From an uncultured virus (IMG/VR IMGVR_UViG_3300033998_000157) (taxonomy: Duplodnaviria; Heunggongvirae; Uroviricota; Caudoviricetes): a DNA stretch of 64,000 nt. Positions 55,404 through 64,000 of this stretch are shown piece by piece (within the stretch, counting starts at the first letter, position 1; each line of letters opens with the position of its first letter). A program made the translations under genes and the position numbers. The stretch lies in IMG/VR virus record IMGVR_UViG_3300033998_000157. The stretch is one strand, 5' to 3'. The notes beneath the pieces are model-generated. The model worked only from the letters and a program-made list of their open reading frames with translations, made no database searches and was not told the origin of the DNA.

Positions 55404-58304
55404 ATGAGTACAATTAAATCATCATTTGATAATGGTGAATACTTTGCAGAAAAAGAAATTAATGAACAATAGCCTCCAATATATGATAGGTAGGTATTAT
55501 ACCTACCTTTTATTGGAGATTTCTTTACTGAACATAATTATCTTGAAGATATTGGAAAACAAAATTTTATTTCGTGGAGCGGTAATGGTTCTTATTGGCA
55601 AAACATGATTCAAGATGGTACATTTTTAGGTAATCCAATATACAGAGTTGAAAAAAGCACATATGATAGCGGATATTTTTACGCTTATTGTCTTTCAGGA
55701 CTCGAAAAAATATAGGATGCAGAAGAATATACATTAACAGGTATTTTTAAAAGTTCAACATCAAACGAAAGCACATAGCCTTTGGCAAGTATTTATTAGG
55801 GCGGTGGCTGTCCTTGGACATAGGGTAATTATACTTCTTAGTACGAAAGTGCAATATATAAATATTATTTAGGAAATGGTTGGTGGAGATATTTTTATAC
55901 ATTCAAAATAAATAGGGATAAAATAACAAATTCTTCATATATCAATAGGTTATATTTAGGATTTCATTGGTCTTGGTAGAGTGTTGGAACATATGTGTGG
56001 GGGACTTAGCCATAGTTATATTTAGGAAATACATTGCATATTTATCAAGGAAATAAATCCGCTTATTCAATATAGAATATAAGAAAATATTACGATGGAA
56101 TTGGATTTGAACAACCAACAACAAATCAAATTTCTACTTCAAATATGGAAGGATATGATATAGGCTATACAGGTAATGTATGTGGTTTTAGTAATAATTT
56201 TGATTCAAGGTTTGGATAGGGCAATTGGAGTACAGAAATAGTATATTAGGATAATTGTCCTATCGATGGTATTACAAAAGCACAAAGAATAATAACAAAA
56301 AAGAGTGGATGGGGCGGATGGACTTCTGGAAACATCGGAAATACTTCTGGCGACATTACATATGGAGTACTTATAAGACTACATTATGGTGAAATACAAT
56401 TCGGCGATTTGAATACATCAAGCAGGTTGTATATAAATAAATCGTATTACCAACAACACAACAAAAAACTTGGAGAATGGTTATGGTAGGTAGATCATTT
56501 TTCAGGTACTTCAACAGGTAGGCATTTATATTAGAATGGGCCAACCAAAGCAGACATTTAGTAGGTATAGATTTATAACCAAAAAGAAACCGTTGGTTAT
56601 GTGAATGGAAGTGCTGGCATTAGTAAATAGTCCTTGCCTACTGATATATTTGAAATGTTTAAAAATGAATTTTCTGTTTAGTTCATATATGAACCATTAA
56701 GCGAACACACATATGGCACGTATGAAGCTATCTTCACATTAAATTGGTGGACTGCTGACTATTCGCAAGATTGGGTTGGCATTTATAGAGGAAACGGATG
56801 GAGTAATTCCGATACAATTACTTTTGAAATAACTGACGGAACAAGGAAATATGATCATAGCACTAATATTTCAGGCATCAATTCAAGATTAAATCATAAA
56901 CTTTTTGTTTAGGTATCATATAGTGAATCTCAAAAAAGTTTTTCAATATATGTAAGAGATTTGACTTAGGGTGAAGATTTAGCAAGAGAACTAATATATT
57001 TAGAAAATGATTTTTAGTTTAGCCAAAATTGGAATTATTAGTATCTTGGAACATTACATCAAGATTCTGGAGTACAAAATTAGAAATATTCGCATTTTAT
57101 GGTATATAGCAAATATTATAATAGTTATGAATTAAAAAGATTAATTCCAAAAATATTCGGTGTAGATAAAAATAGCTTTACAAAAGTTAATTTAATAAAG
57201 GAACACGAAAACATTTTAGAAAGGTATGGTCCTACTTAGTTTGAAACTGGAAAAAATGGTGGTATATGGAGTGCATATACTCAAACAAATTGTTCTGTAA
57301 CATTAGAACCTGTTAGATTTAAGCAAAATCCATATTCATATTTTATATACAGAAAACCTAATATATCTGGTTCTGGCGGATGTGGCACTGGACAAACATG
57401 TAATTGGGGCGGATTGAAATTGTATTTTCCTGACGACGGAACTTTTGAAGAAGAATAGACTTACAAACTGAGTTTTTGGTATAAAGGTTATTCTACTCAT
57501 ACAATATAGGTATATTTTTAGTATGAAGTAGGTTGGGCAAGTAAAGGCGTTGGATTATCAGCTTTAAATTTACCTTCTATCACCCACACATTTGATGATA
57601 CCGATGGCTGGCAGTATTATGAAGAAACATTTACAATACCAGAAGGATATATACATCAAACTGGAACTGATGGTAATACATATTTTTGTATGCGTGAATT
57701 TAAAATAGGATATACTTACACCAGCACAGATTCAGTTGGAACAAGATTATTTATTAATGATTTAACTATAGAAAAAATATCAGATGCTGGTTCTGGAAAA
57801 GACACATATGGTATTAAAAAAGACGGAATTTATGTAAAACCATTATTTGAAGGATAGAAAAAACACAAAGTTTATTTACTTGGAACTTAGTATGACACGG
57901 ATCCTTAGATACCAGTAACAGGAAATAGAACTGTTAGAATAGATGGAACAGATATTGTGAATGGAACAGGTAGAGGATTAGCATTAACTATATTTGACGA
58001 AAACTTCAATTTAGTTTCAAATACAATTTATGATGTATATGGTGATGATACTTAGAGAACAAATTTGTAGAATTAGCTATAGTAGATAGGAGATACACAA
58101 TATTGGTAGCTCACTTCATTCGATTAGGTAAATCCAAATACAAACCTAACAAATCAGTTGCAAAAAATGGGTTCTAAAATATGGCCATTATCATATAGAA
58201 GTCCATATTAGTAGTTAGGACAAGGAAAACGTATTCTTTATGAAGATGGCTCCGATTCGGCATAGTATTATAAACATAGATAGGTAATTAATGTAAGAAT
58301 ATAA
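55404..58304 (+). CDS. Receptor-binding protein with CBM/LamG-like domains and a C-terminal ILEI/GG-lectin-like domain (966 aa)
   Basis: Missed entirely by the standard-code track. C-terminus GRGLALTIFD...YDVYG...LTSFD*V...LQKMG...YRSPY**LG; TAA 58302-58304. Confidence 0.7.
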
Positions 58305-58317
58305 GGGAGGTCAAGAT

Positions 58318-60849
58318 ATGGCTGAACTAAAGGCAGGCACTACCATAGGTGGATATAGGTAGTTGCACGAAGGGATTTCTAATCCTACATTAAATTCAGA
58401 TACAACAATTAATGCAAATTTAACAGTAAATGGAACAACTACTGTAAATGGTGAAATACATTTTGATGACGTTTCTCGATATTGGCTTTCAACTTAGACT
58501 AATTGGGGATTATATTGGGATACTTCAACCAATCAATTAAAATTCAGAGGTTCTGGTTAGGATAAAGTAATAATAGATTTGGACGACGGAACCACAGAAA
58601 TAAAAGGAGTTGCAAGCTTAACTTATTCATCTCAATATCCTTTAAACATTAATGGTTCTGATGACGGAAAAATTGTTTTGCAAGGATCTTCTAATCCTTA
58701 CATTAGATTTAGAGAAGGAACAACTGATAAATAGTATATTCAATGGAGTTCAGGTGGTTATTTACAATTCAGAAATCAAGAAGATGGGTCCGGATTAAGA
58801 ATTAGAGATTCAATTGATTTTACAAAAGACGGAACAACATGGTATTCTGTTTGGCATTCTGGTAACCATGGTTCAAACAGTGGTCTTGATGCTGATTTGC
58901 TTGATGGACAACATGGTTCATACTATACAAATTAGTCAAATTTAAATGCTGGCACAGTTCCTACAGCAAGACTTTCAGGAACATATAATATAAGTATTTC
59001 TGGTAATGCTTAGACATAGAGTAAATTATAGACTTAGAGAACGATTTCTTTAAGCGGAGACGTATCTGGTTCGGCAAATTTTGATGGTTCTGGAGACATA
59101 ACTATATCGACAACTGTTTAGGATAATTCTCATAATCATTAGATAAGTAATATAACATGGGCTTCGAGTCAAAATTTAAATTTAACATAGACTGAAAATA
59201 ACTTAGAGTGGTCTATAGATATGAGACCAGATAGCTATACAGGAACTTACTTTCAAATATGGTCAAGTACTAAATCCACAGTGCTAAAAGCAGAACATGA
59301 TACTGGTTATGTTACTATTCCATATAAATTGATAATAGGTTCCACAAGCACTAATCATATAGAATTATATACAGAATCTGGCACATAGCAAATAGCAGAT
59401 ACATTTGCTGATACAACAACCTATAAAAACTATATATACTTTTATCAAGTTTCAACTTCAAATGATCCCGCATATATCATGCATGAAACATCTGACAGCG
59501 AAACAAACGAAGGAGTATTACATTTATGTCCTTCTGATGATAATGCATATGGAGATTATGTTTCTATACACGGAACTAATGACCCAGATGTATTAAAGCT
59601 ACATACAGACGGAACTATAGAAGGAGTGAAGAGTTTAACTGCATCAGGAACAATTACATAGACAACTTTTACAGGTTCATTATCTGGTAATGCTTCAACT
59701 TAGAGTAAACTTGCTACTTAGAGGACAATTACATTATCAGGTGCGGTAACTGGTTCTGCAAGTTTTGATGGCTCTTAGGATATTACAATTTCTACGTCAG
59801 TTAATCACAATCACGACAGTTCTTATGTAAATGTTACTGGTGATTCAATGTCTGGAACCCTTACTGTTCCTACTCTTCAAATTAATGATAGCAATACTAA
59901 ACTTGTTGAAGGCGGTGAAAACTCCGTTAGAATACAAACAAATAGCGGATATATAGATATAGGTCCTCAAAATACATCTTGGTAGCACCTTGACACAGAT
60001 AGATCTAATTTTTATTTTGGAAAAAGCATACATGTAAATGGAAATATATATGCCTATAACACAAGTTATTATTTTAATGGAAGTTCATTTAATTTTCCTG
60101 GCGGAACTGTAAATGGAACGCAAAAAATCACAGGCGATTTGGATATGGATGAAGGAACAATTTACTATGTACGTGAAATTCGATTTGATTGGACATCAAG
60201 AAGTTATAATCAAGAATATCATTCTATTGTAAGTAAAAACGCATCTGGTACTTTATCTGATGCTATAAGAATTAATAGCTATGGTGACGTTGTAATTAAT
60301 ATAGATTCAAACAACAATGGTACTAATACATTTTCAATATATAAGCACGGAGGAACAGGTTAGATAAGTTCTTCATATAGGCTCTTCTATGTAGATGAAA
60401 GTGGTTATTAGTACGCAACTAAAGTATATGGTGCAGTATATAACGATTATTAGGAATATAGAATTGGAAAAGAAGAAATTGAGGCTGGATATATAGCTGT
60501 CACAGATAATGATGGAAAAATTAAAAAATGCGATAAAGATAGAGCAAGAAATATTGCAGGTGTAGTTTCTGATGTATTTGGTTTTGCAATTGGAGAAGTA
60601 GATGGAGAAATCAATATACCGATATAGGTTGCAGGAAGAGTGTTAATTTATTAGTAGAACAAGGAAAAATTAAAAATTGGCGATTAGGTATGTTAGACAA
60701 AAGATGGACGAGCAAGAAAAATGAAATGGTGGGAAAAAATTATTTTCCCAGAATAGATTGTTGGATATGTTGATGAAATACCAGATTACGAAGAATGGGG
60801 TAACGATAAAATCAAAGTAAATGGTAGAGTTTGGATTAGATTGAGGTGA
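58318..60849 (+). CDS. Tail fibre with putative C-terminal intramolecular chaperone (peptidase G2-like) domain (843 aa)
   Basis: MAELKAGTTIGG; VWHSGNHGSNSGLDADLLDG; two SKL(A/*)T*RTI repeats; KVYGAVYNDY*EYR...AGVVSD...PI*VAGRV; TGA 60847-60849. Confidence 0.85.
59504..59642 (+). repeat. 139-nt exact repeat, copy 2
   Basis: Identical by eye to 49307-49445. Confidence 0.85.
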
Positions 60850-60853
60850 TTTA

Positions 60854-61480
60854 ATGTAGGCTGTAACTCCATACGTCACTTATGTAAGTCTTAGTATAAA
60901 TACTGATAATGTTGTATATACATATAAAATAACTGCAGATACATACTTCTATAAAATTTGGAACAGTTACACAGGGACCTGGAGTAGTTGGACAACAGTT
61001 GGAGCCGCATTAGATAATAGTCCTCGATACAACCAAGCACAGCACACAATAACCGTTTCAAGAAGGACTGACGCTTAGGTTTTTTACACAATACATTTCA
61101 GAATGTTTGAATACGATTGGATGACTTGGACCGAATCAGGGAATTCTCATATTTTTAGAAGTTATTATATCTCTTTTTATTAGCCACCTCAATCTTCGTC
61201 AAACGTGTTAATAAGAGACGAAATATATAAATATTTAATATGTAGTGGTAAATCAACATATTCAACAAACAATTTTCATAGTTCTATTGTTCAAGGATAG
61301 TTAGTAGATGATTAGCATAATATGACATTAATAGATACTGCCGCATAGGGTGGAAACATAATAAGATAGGACAATTATAAAGTATGGTATACTCATTAGC
61401 ATTCAGGTTCTAATGCATATCGTGATAGAGGCGAATACGATAACGCAACATATTCAGATTCATACCCATGGCCATGGTAA
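60854..61480 (+). CDS. Hypothetical tail-associated protein (208 aa)
   Basis: GAGGTGA RBS, ATG-TAG-GCT start (M*AVTPY), TAA 61478-61480. Confidence 0.7.
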
Positions 61481-61494
61481 TTGGTGGTGAAATC

Positions 61495-61980
61495 GTGAAA
61501 TATTTAAGAACAATATAGTATTCAATAAATACTGGTAATAAAAAACAATATTATGGTATAACAGGCACAGGTATAGAGTTAGAAATAAAATAGAATGACA
61601 CAGAAATAATGCAAGTAATTGAACCAGGAAGTTATGTAGTAGATGATCAATTAATCGAATTACAAAAACTAAACATATCAATTTTTCAATTGACATATGA
61701 CAAAAACAAAATATATTTCAGATTGGGTGATAACATGACAATAGAAGAATTTAATCAAATAATAAGTTATATTTAGAAAGTCACAAATTCAACAGAAAAT
61801 GATATTATTCAACATTTTTGCAGATTTTTAAATACTACAGAAGACAAATTGTTTGATATACTAAAAAATGTTAATCAAGGTTTGTTTTTGGGTTTGAGTC
61901 ATAAAGAACAGGATTTTAAGATATGTATAAACACCAAAGAATTAGATAAGTTGGTGATAGATAATGCAAATCAAGTTTGA
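61495..61980 (+). CDS. Hypothetical protein (161 aa)
   Basis: GGTGGTGA RBS, GTG start, three TAGs, TGA 61978-61980. Confidence 0.6.
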
Positions 61981-62215
61981 CGGAGAATATTATGACAACA
62001 TGCACATTGCTTTTACACAAAATGAAAATATAGTGAGTATAATATTAGAAAAAGAAAAAGCAGATTTTACAACGTTATCAAATGAAGAATACGATATAAT
62101 TTTAGTTGATGAAGAAAATAAAAAAGAAGAAGTATTATTTACAGTTTCGAAAAATAACATAGTTAAAACATCTTTTGGCAATTATACAAAAATATATATT
62201 TATAAAGAACTTTAA
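61964..62215 (+). CDS. Hypothetical protein (83 aa)
   Basis: Track ORF with GGTGA RBS. Confidence 0.65.
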   Translation: MQIKFDGEYYDNMHIAFTQNENIVSIILEKEKADFTTLSNEEYDIILVDEENKKEEVLFTVSKNNIVKTSFGNYTKIYIYKEL

Positions 62216-62227
62216 GGAGGTTAAAGT

Positions 62228-62602
62228 ATGATTATTAAAGCTTTTGATGTACAAAACAAGGAAATTGCAACAGTTCAATAGGATCCAGCGTATGTAAAGT
62301 ATAATCTTCAATACGAAACCGAATCTGGAAATTTTAAAGGATTCTTTGAAATTGTGCGTGGTGAAGCAAATATGCTTTCATTATTAAAAGTTTTAAAGTA
62401 TTCTGTGCAAAAGAACTTATCACATTTAATAGTTGAAAATGAAGATGGAACACAATTATATGGTGTATCAATGTTATTCGCAGAAGCTCAAACAATAAAT
62501 ATCCATGAAGGTCACTTATACTTCAGAATGGGTATAATTATTACTCCAGAAAATATGGAAGAATACGCACAATTCTTAGAAGCACACGGATTATATCAAT
62601 AA
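62228..62602 (+). CDS. Hypothetical protein (124 aa)
   Basis: AAGGAGG RBS and ATG 62228; one TAG upstream of track ORF 62354. Confidence 0.7.
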
Positions 62603-62611
62603 TAAAATATC

Positions 62612-62640
62612 AAAATGCCCCCACAATATGGGGGTATTTT
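62612..62640 (+). terminator. Intrinsic terminator closing the tail operon
   Basis: AAAATGCCCCCA-CAATA-TGGGGGTATTTT hairpin. Confidence 0.8.
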
Positions 62641-62656
62641 ATTAGGAGATGTTGCT

Positions 62657-63406
62657 ATGAATATTTTTGGATTAGAAATTGAAATGATGTTGCCTGAAAT
62701 TGTTTTGCTCGAACCTCCTGTTCAAAATATACCGATAAGGTATGTAACCACAAACATGCTAAAAAACATGCCTTCGAATTTGTTTAATATTACGTTAGTC
62801 AAAGAATATAATTTTACAGTAGACGTAATTTTTAAATTCAAAGATATCGAATATAAAAAAACAATGCCTAAAAATTGGTGGAATTCAGTGAACAAATTTT
62901 TAGATAAGAATAATTGGAAATTATAGTTTCCATTGCATGAGATGTTATCAGATAGTGAAATATATGAATTAGCATATCAATATTATACAGGACAGTAGAG
63001 TGACAGAATCAAAAGAATATATACAGGTTACAAATTATTAGACGAATATTTCAAAGAATGGAATTTTGCGTGGCATTATGCTCATAATGGATTAAAAAAT
63101 GAAAAATTGCATAACAAAAATATATTTAGAGTTGAGTATGACGGAAGCATAATTAAAGGTGATACCGAAATATTTAAGGGTAAATATTATGGAATAGAAC
63201 TAATAACACCAATTTTTAATAAGGAATCAATTATAGAAGTATATTCGAAAGTATTAGATTTTATTCTCATAACCTTGATATCTATTTACAAAATCGTCTT
63301 CATTATCCCACTCAGGATAGAAATACAACGTTTCGCCGTTTTGAAGTTTAAATTCGATAATGGATATATCTCTATATAGTGTCAAATAATTTCGTATAGT
63401 CAATGA
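62657..63406 (+). pseudogene. Amidoligase-like (COOH-NH2 ligase) gene, apparently C-terminally truncated
   Basis: AGGAG RBS; FGLEIE, VEYDGSI and GIELITP motifs in one frame across two TAGs. The expected CGxHVH motif is absent and the frame runs into the antisense gene. Confidence 0.55.
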
Positions 63407-63646
63407 TTCATCTTGTATTTCATGATTAACATAAAAATTTGTATGTAAATCTAATGCTTCTGTTGATATATCGATATATCCTTTATTTATCCACTTTTCT
63501 TCCTCTAATTTTCCTCTTTCATTTAATGTATACTTTTCTTTTACATCTTCAAAACGAATATCTAAAATAAATTCTTTTGGTATAACACAATAATCGCCAT
63601 TTTCAAATACTAATTCAATCCATTTAAAATCAAACTCATTAAGCAT
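63254..63646 (-). CDS. Hypothetical acidic protein (130 aa)
   Basis: Track ORF, AAGGAGG RBS, TAA stop, no TAG. Confidence 0.75.
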   Translation of the reverse strand: MLNEFDFKWIELVFENGDYCVIPKEFILDIRFEDVKEKYTLNERGKLEEEKWINKGYIDISTEALDLHTNFYVNHEIQDESLTIRNYLTLYRDISIIEFKLQNGETLYFYPEWDNEDDFVNRYQGYENKI

Positions 63647-63822
63647 TCTATCCCTCCTTAAAACTATTCTAATTCAATTATACACTTGAAAAATACAATT
63701 AATTGACTACGTATTAATATACAAATAACTGCTCACTGCCTACCTTTTTTATGCTTTTATTTAGCCCCGCCCCGCGCACGCGAATAAAAATAAGGTCGAT
63801 TATCGAAGTTGCGAACGTGGAA

Positions 63823-63852
63823 TTGACATGAGGGTCGTGAAGGTGGTATAAT
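63823..63852 (+). promoter_or_regulatory. Consensus sigma70/sigmaA promoter
   Basis: TTGACA-N18-TATAAT with extended -10 TG. Confidence 0.8.
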
Positions 63853-63893
63853 AGTAAAAAGCGGGTGAGCGATTATTTATAGGTGGTGATATT

Positions 63894-64000
63894 ATGGCTA
63901 AATTTAAAAAAGCTCCTCCTTATTACACATTGTTGGATCATATAATTAAATTAAATCGAAATCATGGGGTTGATTTGTTTACTATTTTCTACTACTGGGT
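63894..64000 (+). CDS. Start of a hypothetical gene (runs off the window)
   Basis: AGGTGGTGA RBS; MAKFKKAPPYYTLLDHIIKLN; lies downstream of the sigma70-type promoter. Confidence 0.55.
   Translation, partial: MAKFKKAPPYYTLLDHIIKLNRNHGVDLFTIFYYW

Noticed and set aside
49307..59642. Diversity-generating retroelement TR/VR pair
   Set aside because: Both copies are mid-gene and identical, flanking differences are not adenine-specific, and no reverse transcriptase is in the window.
1..63406. TAG = Gln (genetic code 15, as in Lak and some crAss-like phages)
   Set aside because: Conserved motifs and internal repeats place Ala (GCA/GCT), not Gln, at TAG positions; Gln is encoded by CAA/CAG here.
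1..63406. Decayed prophage or mass pseudogenisation
   Set aside because: Interruptions seen are only TAG, frames are maintained over many kb, and RBSs, gene overlaps and catalytic motifs are intact.
1..63406. TAG = pyrrolysine, or TGA = Trp/Sec
   Set aside because: TAG falls at small-residue positions and in runs, with no pyl genes seen. TGA coincides with gene ends, and Trp is TGG.
1..64000. Suppressor tRNA(CUA) or release-factor gene
   Set aside because: No cloverleaf or RF-like (GGQ-domain) gene was recognised, and intergenic gaps are mostly too short; it must be sought outside the window.

Overview
A very AT-rich segment of a large tailed (probably contractile-tailed) bacteriophage, covering most of a virion/tail module: giant virion proteins, a baseplate hub/wedge/J set, an inverted cassette with a ClpP-like protease, and about nine tail-fibre/receptor-binding genes. 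The standard-code ORF track is fragmented because TAG is used as a sense codon. Reading through TAG gives tightly packed genes with Shine-Dalgarno sites that all end in TAA or TGA. Conserved fibre motifs and the phage's own internal repeats indicate TAG = ALANINE, not the glutamine known from recoded phages. A second notable system is a ~687-aa protein with a long CxCxxxC(Y) repeat tail encoded directly upstream of a radical SAM/SPASM maturase within the tail genes. A TTGTTAATT motif, palindromic at the divergent point, is a candidate late promoter. Gene boundaries were set by hand from RBS, start, stop and frame agreement with the ORF track; the longest ORFs were not checked codon by codon. 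Below, * marks an in-frame TAG.
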